IMG/VR virus record: IMGVR_UViG_2507262055_000001
Length of the DNA: 64,000 bases
Direction: 5' to 3' (one strand)
Origin: a virus
Taxonomy: Duplodnaviria > Caudoviricetes
Below are positions 7,615-16,211 of the stretch, piece after piece (position 1 is the stretch's first letter; each line of letters begins with the position of its first letter). A program made the translations under genes and the position numbers. A model generated the notes under the pieces. That model saw only the letters and a program-made list of their open reading frames with translations, was not told the origin of the DNA and did not search any database.

Positions 7615-8329
7615 TTGAATCCCGAGCGAAAGAACCAAAGGCAAACGCAGGATCAGCGGTCGCGACATCGGGCCGCCCTGCATGGGTTCGAGTAGGATCG
7701 TCCGTGGTCGGGTCGCGGACTGCAACGTCTGAGAGAATGGACGCGACGGGCGGAGAGAGTGCCGCACCTTTTCAGCTTTGCTCGCCCGACTGGTCAGTTG
7801 ACCCTCAAATAAACCGAGCATGGCGCGTTGCCCTTCGAACGGAAGGGCCTGCTGCATACGAGCGTCGTTACGGCGAGCGGTCCAGCATGGAAGCGGGAAT
7901 AGACGCGCCCCGGGCCCACGGCGGTAGCATCAGACGTCGCCGAACGTCAGAGAGGTTTCGTGGGACGGCGGCGCGAGGGCAGGTGTGCCTGCTCGATCGT
8001 TCGTCATCGGCTAATTTCATGCAGGGCAGAGCAGCCCGGTCAGCTCATGTGGCTCATAACCACAAGGTCGTCAGTTCGAATCTGACCCCTGCAACCAATT
8101 CAGTTTCGGACGGCGTCACAAACGGCTCTCTTCCCTCGGGAGAGAGTGAGCCTGCGGTGACGCTGGTTCTCGCGCCGTCCGAATCCAGTTCGGGCGACGG
8201 CCTTGGCATCCATCAGCCCGGGTCAATGACACGTGGGTTCGCGGTTGAGCGTCAACCTGCGTCGGGAAGGGCGCGTGATCGCGCTATGTGCCCCGCCGTC
8301 GCCCGATTCAACCAGGGGAGGGCGGCGTA
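7615..8329 (+). ncRNA. Candidate structured non-coding RNA region surrounding the tRNA
   Basis: No credible CDS; long stems, e.g. TTCGGACGGCG 8105-8115 with CGCCGTCCGAA ~8173-8183 and TCGGGCGACGG ~8190-8200 with CCGTCGCCCGA ~8296-8306. Confidence 0.35.
8020..8097 (+). tRNA. tRNA-Met (anticodon CAT), initiator (fMet)-like, with encoded CCA
   Basis: Cloverleaf: acceptor TGCAGGG/CCCTGCA, D-arm GAGC...GCTC, anticodon arm TGTGG-CTCATAA-CCACA, T-arm GTCAG-TTCGAAT-CTGAC, discriminator A then CCA. Confidence 0.92.
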
Positions 8330-8860
8330 ATGGGCAGCAAGACTAATCCAGGTCAATTCGACTGCTACGCCAGCGCGCTCCCAGACGAGCCGATGTTCAT
8401 CCTGCTCGCGCGCGACCCGATGGCGCCGGCGTTGGTCCAAATGTGGGCCATCTTGCGGAAGCAACTGATAGCGACGGGCGAGAAGCCCCTCGAAGACATG
8501 GAGTTGGCCGACGAGGCGGAGACTTGCGCCGCCGTGATGCGTGCTTGGCGCTGGAACAATGAAGGAAAATGGAGCGTGCCCGCGGACGAAGGCATCGATC
8601 CGACGACAGCCGATCTGTTCAAGCCCACAGGAAACCACGGTCTCGTCGACGCCGAGATCTGCTTCAACTCGCTACTGCTGGTCGGCGATACCGACGTCAC
8701 CGAAGAGCTGGTCGCCACCTGGACGCAAGAGCAGATGGACCGTGCGTACGACTGGGCCATGAGGGTTCATCTTCACGCCAGCGACAACCCCGGCGTTCTC
8801 GTGCCGGCTAGACCCGACTTCATTCTGAATTTCGCGAGGGCCGCCAGCACCGATAGCTGA
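8330..8860 (+). CDS. Hypothetical phage protein
   Basis: GGGAG SD; FDCYASALPDEPMFILLARDPMAPALV motif familiar from phage hypotheticals. Confidence 0.75.
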   Translation: MGSKTNPGQFDCYASALPDEPMFILLARDPMAPALVQMWAILRKQLIATGEKPLEDMELADEAETCAAVMRAWRWNNEGKWSVPADEGIDPTTADLFKPTGNHGLVDAEICFNSLLLVGDTDVTEELVATWTQEQMDRAYDWAMRVHLHASDNPGVLVPARPDFILNFARAASTDS

Positions 8861-8978
8861 CGTCCTCGCATCCAGTTCCAGTAAGCATCACTAGCGTATC
8901 CCGACATCACCTGCAGCTGCACCCGTTCGGTCATTTCCGGACGTGAGCTTCTGCGTCCCTGAACCATGGAGCTGTTCG

Positions 8979-9221
8979 ATGTCTCCGATCGTGCATCACC
9001 TGATCACCAGCCTCTTCGCCTACACCATGATCGGCTCCCTGGTGTGGATGGTGATCTACAGCTACGGCCATTTGGCGCGCGTGTACGACGAGCCCTCGGG
9101 CAGCGGCGAGGTGATCGACGGCATCGCCAACATCATCATCACCTTGACGCTGATCCTCGGCTGGCCCGGCATGCTCGGCGTCGTCCTGCACTGGGCCCGG
9201 CAGCGGAGGGCGCGCCAGTGA
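8979..9221 (+). CDS. Small membrane protein
   Basis: Two hydrophobic segments; GGAG SD. Confidence 0.55.
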   Translation: MSPIVHHLITSLFAYTMIGSLVWMVIYSYGHLARVYDEPSGSGEVIDGIANIIITLTLILGWPGMLGVVLHWARQRRARQ

Positions 9222-9550
9222 AGATCATCGACAACATGATGGTCGTGCTTCCCATCGCCGCAATAGCGATCGCGCTGCTGTTGGCGTGCGCGCTACGGAT
9301 CGTCCGCCGAGGGGCCGCGTCGTCTCCTTCGCTTTCCGCGGTGGCGGACGATCCGTTCTTTTATCCGTTCGGCGAGATGCCGACCGTCCCGCCCGAGCGC
9401 CGCCTGGTGGCACGCGACTTCCGCGCCTGGGGCATTCCACTTCGTTCGCATTCCGCCGCGGTTGCCCACCAGCGGAATGAGGGCGACGGCCGTCCTGCAT
9501 CCCTGTCGGGGACGGCCGTCGTTCTCAATTTTCCGAAGAGGAGCGCGTGA
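9218..9550 (+). CDS. Hypothetical protein with N-terminal transmembrane helix
   Basis: GTGA overlap; VLPIAAIAIALLLACAL. Confidence 0.5.
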   Translation: MKIIDNMMVVLPIAAIAIALLLACALRIVRRGAASSPSLSAVADDPFFYPFGEMPTVPPERRLVARDFRAWGIPLRSHSAAVAHQRNEGDGRPASLSGTAVVLNFPKRSA

Positions 9551-10074
9551 TGCAACTCGCAGGTTGGATTCAGACGTTCACAGGTAAAAAGTTCTGGCCG
9601 CTCGATCCACGGCCTGAGGATGTCGATATCGTCGACATCGCTCACGCCCTGGCGATGCAGTGCCGGTTTGGCGGGCACTGCCTCAAATTCTACGCCAACG
9701 CCGAGCACTCGGTTTACGTCTCGCATCACAGTGGCGCCGACGCGCTCGCCGGATTGCTGCACGATGGCAGCGAGGCCTACCTGCTCGACATGTTGTCGCC
9801 CATCAAGGCTTTCATGCCGGACTACAAGGCGGCAGAGAAGCGGTGCCAGGCCGTGGTCTACCAGGCGTTTGGCCTGCCAGACGAGACGCCGGCGAGCGTT
9901 AAGACCGCCGATCGGCGCCTGCTCAAGACTGAGCGAATGCAGATCATGGCCCCTTCGGCGGATCCGTGGGTGATCGATGCCGAGGAGACGCTGCCGATCC
10001 AGATTGGAGGCTGGTCACCCTCGACGGCCAAGGTGGCCTTTCTCGATCGGTTCGAGCAGCTGAGGAAGGCGTGA
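9547..10074 (+). CDS. HD-domain phosphohydrolase (YfbR/YfdR-like deoxynucleotidase)
   Basis: DIAHALAMQCRFGGH...AEHSV...LLHDGSEAY metal-binding motifs. Confidence 0.85.
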   Translation: MMQLAGWIQTFTGKKFWPLDPRPEDVDIVDIAHALAMQCRFGGHCLKFYANAEHSVYVSHHSGADALAGLLHDGSEAYLLDMLSPIKAFMPDYKAAEKRCQAVVYQAFGLPDETPASVKTADRRLLKTERMQIMAPSADPWVIDAEETLPIQIGGWSPSTAKVAFLDRFEQLRKA

Positions 10075-10409
10075 TGCAGCAACATCTCACCCGCGCCGAG
10101 CAGGCCAATCTGATCGCCGGCCACGCCGTCGCCTACGCGACCGCCTACCTCGATGGCCGCCACACCGCGCAGCAGCTCGCCGACAACGCCGACCGGCTGT
10201 TCCTCGACCTGCTGGTGATCGAAACCGCCGAGACCAGCACCTTCCTTATTCCGGTGCAACTGCTTGCCCTCACCATGATGCGTACCGCGCGCTGTGCGCG
10301 GGATATCTCGCAATGGCCGTCACGGGAGGATCGCTGGCAGGCCGTCATGGCCTCGCTCGTCGACCTCGTCATGAACGAAAGCCGCGAGCTCACAAAGGAC
10401 CCATCATGA
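10074..10409 (+). CDS. Hypothetical protein
   Basis: TGATG-coupled ORF from MQQHLTR. Confidence 0.65.
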   Translation: MQQHLTRAEQANLIAGHAVAYATAYLDGRHTAQQLADNADRLFLDLLVIETAETSTFLIPVQLLALTMMRTARCARDISQWPSREDRWQAVMASLVDLVMNESRELTKDPS

Positions 10410-10735
10410 AGCCGCTCTCCGAGCACATGACCGTGCTGATCGCGACCGCCGAGGACATGATGCGGCGGCCGGTCCATCAGATCCCTACTGCGCTCCCGGC
10501 TGGTTTCGCCGAGATGGCTGCGGAGATCTATCGCGCTGATGCTTCGCCTTGCGACGGGATCCGCTCAACCATCGCTGCCGTTATCATGTGCAAGGCAATC
10601 GAAGGCTTCTTCTCCGGTCAGGCCGGTGATGGACACTATCAGTCGACCATCGGCCACACGCTGCCGCGCCTTAAAACGGAGGCATGGCAGCAGATGAAGA
10701 ATGAGCGAGCGGTCTCCGAGGAGACGCGGCGATGA
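10406..10735 (+). CDS. Hypothetical protein
   Basis: ATGA-coupled ORF from MKPLSEH. Confidence 0.65.
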   Translation: MKPLSEHMTVLIATAEDMMRRPVHQIPTALPAGFAEMAAEIYRADASPCDGIRSTIAAVIMCKAIEGFFSGQAGDGHYQSTIGHTLPRLKTEAWQQMKNERAVSEETRR

Positions 10736-10896
10736 GCGTCAACAACGAAGAGATCCGCCGCGAGGTCGATCGGCGCCTCGCCGCCGCGCTTCGCGATGCG
10801 GCCGGCAGCGCGCTCGGCATGCCGGGTTCCGTCGACACCTTCAAGGCCATGCTCGAACGCGCCGATCTCGCGCTCGTCCTGAAAGAGGGGGTGTGA
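10732..10896 (+). CDS. Hypothetical protein (54 aa)
   Basis: MSVNNEEIRREVDRR..., read by hand; overlaps both neighbours. Confidence 0.55.
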   Translation: MSVNNEEIRREVDRRLAAALRDAAGSALGMPGSVDTFKAMLERADLALVLKEGV

Positions 10897-11507
10897 TGGC
10901 CGATCGCTCCACACCCCAGGCGCAGGCCTATCCCCTGCAATGGCCGTCCGGTTTCCCGCGCTGGAAGCAGGGCCGCGTCTCGGGCTCGTTCAAGACGAAC
11001 TTCGAGACGGCCTTGCGCAACGTCAAGAAAAGCCTCGAGCTGTTCGCCAAGGACAGCGGCAAGAAGATCGAATTCCCGGTTCTGTCGAGCAACATCGACA
11101 TGAACCCGCTGACCTCGAATTCCGGCAACCGCCCCGCGGATCCCGGCGTCGCGGTCTGGTTCGCCTGGGATGGGCTGCAGGTCTGCATTCCCGTCGATCG
11201 CTACGACACGCCGGCGGCCAACCTGCAGGCCATCCATCACATCATCGAGGCACGCCGCGTCGAGCTCCGCCACGGCACGCTCGCCCTGGTGCGCGCGACC
11301 TTCTCCGGCTTCCAGGCGCTGCCGGCGCCGAAGGGCAAACATTGGCGCGACATCCTGCAGGTCGGCGGCAACCCGACCAGGGCCGTGGTCGAGGCCAACT
11401 ACAAGCGCCTGGCGCAGGACTACCACCCCGACCGCGCCGGCGGCTCGATCGAGAAGATGTCCGAGCTCAACGCCGCGCGTGATGCGGCTATCGCGGAGAT
11501 CGGGTGA
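10896..11507 (+). CDS. J-domain-containing protein (C-terminal DnaJ-like domain)
   Basis: YKRLAQDYHPDRAGGSIEKMSELNAARD with intact HPD; N-terminal AYPLQWP.G.PR phage domain. Confidence 0.85.
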   Translation: MADRSTPQAQAYPLQWPSGFPRWKQGRVSGSFKTNFETALRNVKKSLELFAKDSGKKIEFPVLSSNIDMNPLTSNSGNRPADPGVAVWFAWDGLQVCIPVDRYDTPAANLQAIHHIIEARRVELRHGTLALVRATFSGFQALPAPKGKHWRDILQVGGNPTRAVVEANYKRLAQDYHPDRAGGSIEKMSELNAARDAAIAEIG

Positions 11508-12592
11508 TGGCAGACCGCTCGGCAATCGAATGGACCGACGCAACGGTTAACTTCTGGTGGGGCTGCACCAAGGTTGGGCCCGGCTGTGATCACTGCTATG
11601 CGGAGACCTGGTCGAAGCGCACCGGCGGGGCGCATTGGGGCCATGGTGTGCCGCGCCGGAAGATCGCAAGCGCCGCGAAGTTGATCCATCGGCTCGACAA
11701 CGACTACGCCGACTTCGCCGCTGATTGGCATGTGGCCGACGGCAATGCGCAAGCCTTCGGCCTTGAACGGCCGCGGCCTGGCTACAGGCGACGCGTCTTC
11801 ATTCAGTCCATGTCCGATCTCTTCGATCTGGAAGTGCCACTGGAATGGTTCGCCGAGGCCTGGGGCCTGATCAAGGTCTGCAACCGCATCGAGATCCAGA
11901 TCGTCACCAAGCGCATCAGCGCCGTCGAGAAGCGTCTCGCGGCAATAGGTGAAGATCTGAGGCGATGGCCGCAGCATGCCGGCCTCATCATCACCGTCGT
12001 CAACCAGGATGAAGCCGATCGAGATGTGCGCCGCCTTCTCGATCTCAAGGCGAAGCTCGGCATTCCCTGGGTTGGGCTCAGTTGCGAGCCTCTGCTGGGT
12101 CCCGTCGATCTGACGCGCATCTGTATCTTGCCGCAGAGGCCGGGATCGATCCGCGCCGGAATCCACCTGAATGCGCTCGCCGGCCTCTACTGCGAGAGCG
12201 GCATGCCGTACACGGGCGATTGGGACGTTTCGAAGCCAGCACCCACGATTCCGCCGGTTAGGCTCGACTGGGTGATCGTCGGCGGCGAGAGCGGCCGCGA
12301 GGCGCGCGTGATGCACCCTGACTGGGCTCGATCGCTGCGCGACCAATGCACCGCAGCCGGCGCGCCCTTCCTTTTCAAGCAATGGGGCGAATGGGCTCCG
12401 TCGACGCCGGCGGAAGCGAAAGGCAACCCGCGATCCGGATGGCAAGCGATGGCTGCACATCCGCACGTCGCCAAGGCAGCCGAACTCTATCCCGAAGCCG
12501 GCGCGAAGTTCGTCGCGCGCGTCGGCAAGAAGGCAGCCGGCCGCCTTCTCGACGGCGTCGAGCACAACGGCTTCCCGAAGGTGCCGGCATGA
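11507..12592 (+). CDS. Phage Gp37/Gp68 (DUF5131) family, radical-SAM-like
   Basis: IEWTDATVNFWWGCTKVGPGCDHCYA (CX6CX2C), SMSDLF, WVGLSCEPLLG, WVIVGGESG, FLFKQWGEW. Confidence 0.9.
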   Translation: MADRSAIEWTDATVNFWWGCTKVGPGCDHCYAETWSKRTGGAHWGHGVPRRKIASAAKLIHRLDNDYADFAADWHVADGNAQAFGLERPRPGYRRRVFIQSMSDLFDLEVPLEWFAEAWGLIKVCNRIEIQIVTKRISAVEKRLAAIGEDLRRWPQHAGLIITVVNQDEADRDVRRLLDLKAKLGIPWVGLSCEPLLGPVDLTRICILPQRPGSIRAGIHLNALAGLYCESGMPYTGDWDVSKPAPTIPPVRLDWVIVGGESGREARVMHPDWARSLRDQCTAAGAPFLFKQWGEWAPSTPAEAKGNPRSGWQAMAAHPHVAKAAELYPEAGAKFVARVGKKAAGRLLDGVEHNGFPKVPA

Positions 12593-13818
12593 CGCTCCGC
12601 GCCATCGACCCGGCGCCCTTCCGCGCCCGTTACGCCGGTCCGGCCTCGGAGGTCGGCGAGCGGCCGGAGCTGCAGTGGCTCAAGATCGCAAAACTTCGGA
12701 TCGACCCGCGCTATCAGCGCGAGATCGGCCGCCGCGGCGGCGACAACATCGTTGCGATCGCACCGGCGTTCAAATGGGCGAAGTTCGCGCCGGTGGTGGT
12801 CGCGCCGATCGACGGCGGCCTGTTTGCCATCATTGATGGTCAGCACCGCACCACAGCTGCGGCGCTGCGGGGCTTCGAGTCCGTGCCCTGCGTCATCATC
12901 CAGGTCGACGGCGCCGAGCAGGCTGACGCCTTCGTCGCCATCAATGCCAACGTCACTGCGATGTCGCCCCTGCAGCTGCACGCCGCGCGCCTGGCCGCAG
13001 GCAACAGCGACGCGGCCGATCTGACCGAAGTCTGCCGCGAGGCGGGCGTCACGATCTGCCGCTACCCGGTTCCGGCGAACAAGATGAAGCCAGGCGAAAC
13101 CCTCGCCGTGGGCATGCTGCAGTCGGTACTCGCCAAGTTCGGCCGTGAGGTGCTCATCACCGCGCTGTGCTGCATCACCAAGACCCGGCGTGGCAATCCC
13201 GGGATGATCCGCAAGCAGATCGTGCAGGCGGTGTGCGCCGTCCTCGAGGCCGAGAGCACGTGGCTTGCCGATCGCAATCGCCTGATCTTCGCCATGCAGA
13301 CCTTCGACTTCGCGGCGCAGTTTTCCGCAGCCGCGGCCAAGTCGATCGATGCAGGCGAAACCGTCTCGGCCCTTCTGGTCGAGGCGATCGCGGCCCATCT
13401 CGACGGCAAGGTCGAGACGGCGCCGCCCGCGGCCGCTCCTCCAGCCCCGGCGGCCGCGAAGTCACCCGCAGCTACGGCGACGCCGCCGGCGGCGCCGAAG
13501 CCTGCGACCAGCCCAAAGCCTGCGAGCAACGGGCGCCCGTCGGGCCCGCTCTCGATCAGCCGGGAGGAAGTCAGCTGCAATGGTCTGCGCATCCGCGTGG
13601 TCCCGCGTGCGGCACTGCTGCTGCAGGCGCTTGCGAAGGCCCAGCCGCAGTGTGTCGGCGACGAATGGCTGATCCAGAAGATCTGGAGCGTGCGGCCGAA
13701 CAATGCGGGCGAATTGCTCGACCAGCTCGTCCGTGATCTCGACGGGCTGAAGAAGCTTGGCCTCGAGGTGCGGACGCAACGGGGCATCGGCCGGCAGCTG
13801 GTGGAAATTCCGAGATGA
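12589..13818 (+). CDS. ParB N-terminal-like domain protein with Pro/Ala linker and C-terminal winged helix
   Basis: LRIDPRYQR...FAIIDGQHRTTAA; C-terminal LQALAKAQPQCV...VRTQRGIGRQL resembles an OmpR-type wHTH. Confidence 0.75.
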   Translation: MTLRAIDPAPFRARYAGPASEVGERPELQWLKIAKLRIDPRYQREIGRRGGDNIVAIAPAFKWAKFAPVVVAPIDGGLFAIIDGQHRTTAAALRGFESVPCVIIQVDGAEQADAFVAINANVTAMSPLQLHAARLAAGNSDAADLTEVCREAGVTICRYPVPANKMKPGETLAVGMLQSVLAKFGREVLITALCCITKTRRGNPGMIRKQIVQAVCAVLEAESTWLADRNRLIFAMQTFDFAAQFSAAAAKSIDAGETVSALLVEAIAAHLDGKVETAPPAAAPPAPAAAKSPAATATPPAAPKPATSPKPASNGRPSGPLSISREEVSCNGLRIRVVPRAALLLQALAKAQPQCVGDEWLIQKIWSVRPNNAGELLDQLVRDLDGLKKLGLEVRTQRGIGRQLVEIPR

Positions 13819-14870
13819 CCCAGCTCGCCGCCTACGATCGCGCCCGCGTCGCGCTTGCCGAGGCCACCCGGGTCGACCAGGTGCTCTCGATCCGCGACGA
13901 GATGCAGCACGTCAAGCTCTATGCCCGGCAGATCCAGGACAAGGCCTTGCTCGAGGACGCGATCGTTCTGCAGACCCGAACCGAACGCCGCCTGGGAATC
14001 CTGCTCGCGGCCGCCAAGGAAGCCGGCCAGATCGCGGAAGGCCGCAAGCGGAAAGACGACACGGAAGGCGAGCGCGTTACGCTGACCGAGATCGGCGTCG
14101 ACCGCAAACTGTCGGCAAGGGCACAGAAGGCCGCGGCGCTCGATGACGAGCATTTCGAGCGCTTGATCGAGCACACCCGCGAGAAAGTCCGCGGCGGCGG
14201 CGCCATCCTGGTCGATCCTGTCAGCGCCGCGACCAAGGAAGCCGAGATCGCCGATCGCCGTGCCCAGCACGCCGCCCGCACCCTCAACGGCGGCTGCATC
14301 GCGGATCTCGGCGCGCTGGCACTGACCGGCAAGCGCTTCGGTTCGATCGGTTCTGACCCGCAATGGAAGTTTTTGACCAGGTCGGCCGCCGGCGAGGGCC
14401 GGTCCGCCAACATCCATTACAAGACCGAAGAGGTCGACAAGATCAAGGACCTCCCCGTCAACGAGCTTCTCGCCGACGATGGCGCCTTCTACATGTGGAT
14501 GGTCGACTGGTGCCCGCAGGATGCGCTCGATCTGCTCGCGCATTGGGGCCTCAAGCACGTCACCACGGCCTTCACCTGGGTCAAGCAGAACGCATCCGGC
14601 GAGGGCTGGCATATGGGGCAGGGCTATTGGACCCGCGCTAATCCAGAGCAGTGCTGGCTCGCGACCAAAGGCAACCCCAAACGTCTCTACGCCGACGTGC
14701 GCCAGCTGATCGTCGCCCCGGTGATGGAGCATTCCCGCAAGCCCGACGAATGGCTCGACCGGATCGAGCGCCTCACTGAAGGCGATTACCTCGAGCTTCA
14801 GGCACGGCGGCCGCGAAAAGGATGGACGAGCTGGGGTGACGAGCTCGAATGGACGGGGGCCGCAGCATGA
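13815..14870 (+). CDS. MT-A70 family adenine-N6 methyltransferase
   Basis: SDPQW (DPPW-like), FTWVKQ, GQGYWTRANPEQCWLA, EHSRKPD, YLELQAR...GWTSWGDE. Confidence 0.9.
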   Translation: MTQLAAYDRARVALAEATRVDQVLSIRDEMQHVKLYARQIQDKALLEDAIVLQTRTERRLGILLAAAKEAGQIAEGRKRKDDTEGERVTLTEIGVDRKLSARAQKAAALDDEHFERLIEHTREKVRGGGAILVDPVSAATKEAEIADRRAQHAARTLNGGCIADLGALALTGKRFGSIGSDPQWKFLTRSAAGEGRSANIHYKTEEVDKIKDLPVNELLADDGAFYMWMVDWCPQDALDLLAHWGLKHVTTAFTWVKQNASGEGWHMGQGYWTRANPEQCWLATKGNPKRLYADVRQLIVAPVMEHSRKPDEWLDRIERLTEGDYLELQARRPRKGWTSWGDELEWTGAAA

Positions 14871-15217
14871 CGTCTCGCACCAAGGAAAACAATCGCGAGT
14901 ACATGCGCGATTACATGCGCGATCGTCGCAAGGTCAAAAAGGATGTGCGCCGGAAAGCGGCTTCAGGTCGCAACCGCGAGGCCGATCTCGCCCGCAAGCG
15001 TGACGAGTACAGGTCCGAGGCTCGTGGCATCCATACCAAGGGCGACTTCGTCCGCAGGGGCGATGCCCTTTACGATCCCCTGCGCGATGCTCCTTTGTTT
15101 TATGCCGACCTGACCGCTGCGATCCTTAAGGATCCACCGATCGGCCGGCGCGCGATCGACGAGCACATGGCGCGTTCGGCTACCCGCTCGATATCGCTGG
15201 CGGGAGATCTGCCATGA
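14867..15217 (+). CDS. Basic hypothetical protein
   Basis: ATGA-coupled; REYMRDYMRDRRK pattern. Confidence 0.6.
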   Translation: MTSRTKENNREYMRDYMRDRRKVKKDVRRKAASGRNREADLARKRDEYRSEARGIHTKGDFVRRGDALYDPLRDAPLFYADLTAAILKDPPIGRRAIDEHMARSATRSISLAGDLP

Positions 15218-15435
15218 CTTCACAGCCCCCTTTCTTCAACGCACCCAGTATCGGCATCGGAAGCTGCAAAGACCCGGCTTGCCGCTCGGTGCATGTTCAT
15301 CTGCTGGACGAGCAGGATCAAGCGCACGCACAGTTCGTGATTAACTGCGAGCACATCGAAGACGTGATCGCCGACCTGCGCACCGTGCGCGATCGGATCG
15401 TCACGGGCGGCGAAAAGAAGGGGCTCGACAATTGA
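15214..15435 (+). CDS. Hypothetical protein (73 aa)
   Basis: Coupled ORF. Confidence 0.55.
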   Translation: MTSQPPFFNAPSIGIGSCKDPACRSVHVHLLDEQDQAHAQFVINCEHIEDVIADLRTVRDRIVTGGEKKGLDN

Positions 15436-15779
15436 CCCATCGTCACCGCCTCGCCACCCGCCGGCGCCACGAAACCATCGCGATGGAGCACGAAGGCCAA
15501 CGCTACAAGGTTGGGCTCGGCCGGGAGGTCCTGTGCGACGGTAGCTGCGGCGCGACGGCGATGCGCTTCGGTCCGATCGCCGAAGTCTTTTTCAATGCCC
15601 AGAAGGTCAACTCGCCGATCGACGTGCTGGTCTCCGACAGTGCGATCCTGATGTCGATGCTGCTGCAGTACGGCTGCCCGCCCGCGGACATCTTCCACGC
15701 TATGAAGCGCAATCCGGATGGTTCGCCGGCGTCGCCGCTCGGCCGCGCCGCGGCCTACCTGGTCGAGGGCGAGCGATGA
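15432..15779 (+). CDS. Stand-alone TSCPD-like domain protein (NrdJ C-terminal-like)
   Basis: EVFFNAQKVNSPIDVLVSDSAILMSMLLQYGCP...SPASPLG pattern; TTG start. Confidence 0.6.
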   Translation: MTHRHRLATRRRHETIAMEHEGQRYKVGLGREVLCDGSCGATAMRFGPIAEVFFNAQKVNSPIDVLVSDSAILMSMLLQYGCPPADIFHAMKRNPDGSPASPLGRAAAYLVEGER

Positions 15780-15782
15780 TCC

Positions 15783-16211
15783 ATGACCGATCACGACCTC
15801 AGCGACAAGCCCGTCCGCGAGAAGGCGCGAACGATCGGCGATATGATCGCGATCACAATGCATCCGGCCTTCCGGCTGGGATTCCTGGATGCGCGCGCCG
15901 GCAGGCCGCTCGATCACGACACAATCATGGCGCGGATATTCTCCGAAACGCCGGCCGGCGCCCTGAAGCGGCTCGGCTGGTCGACACCGGATCTGTTCGA
16001 CGGGCCCGACATGTTCGGTGTCGAGAGCGCACAAGCCAAGCGCGCGGCGCTGAAGGTCGAGGTCGCCCAGTATCGCTACGAAGAAGGCCGCACGCTGTTT
16101 CTGGAATACGGCGTCCGCTGCAAGGCGTGGGGCCATCCAGACTTTCCGCCCGCGCAGGTGCGCGACTTCTGTCGAAAGCGCTTCGAAGAATTGAGGTCAG
16201 GTCATGACTGA
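15783..16211 (+). CDS. Hypothetical protein
   Basis: ORF in operon orientation. Confidence 0.65.
   Translation: MTDHDLSDKPVREKARTIGDMIAITMHPAFRLGFLDARAGRPLDHDTIMARIFSETPAGALKRLGWSTPDLFDGPDMFGVESAQAKRAALKVEVAQYRYEEGRTLFLEYGVRCKAWGHPDFPPAQVRDFCRKRFEELRSGHD

Noticed and set aside
7621-7672. c-di-GMP-I riboswitch-like words (CGAAAG, GGCAAAC)
   Set aside because: The elements are in the wrong order and the second stem is missing; kept only as part of the wider ncRNA candidate.
7885-7960. tRNA-Leu-like D-arm fragment (GCGGGAATAGACGC)
   Set aside because: No matching T-arm or acceptor stem could be built.
6777-8330. 517-aa plus-strand ORF
   Set aside because: Arg/Ser-rich, no motifs, runs across two better genes in other frames and the tRNA; a high-GC artefact.
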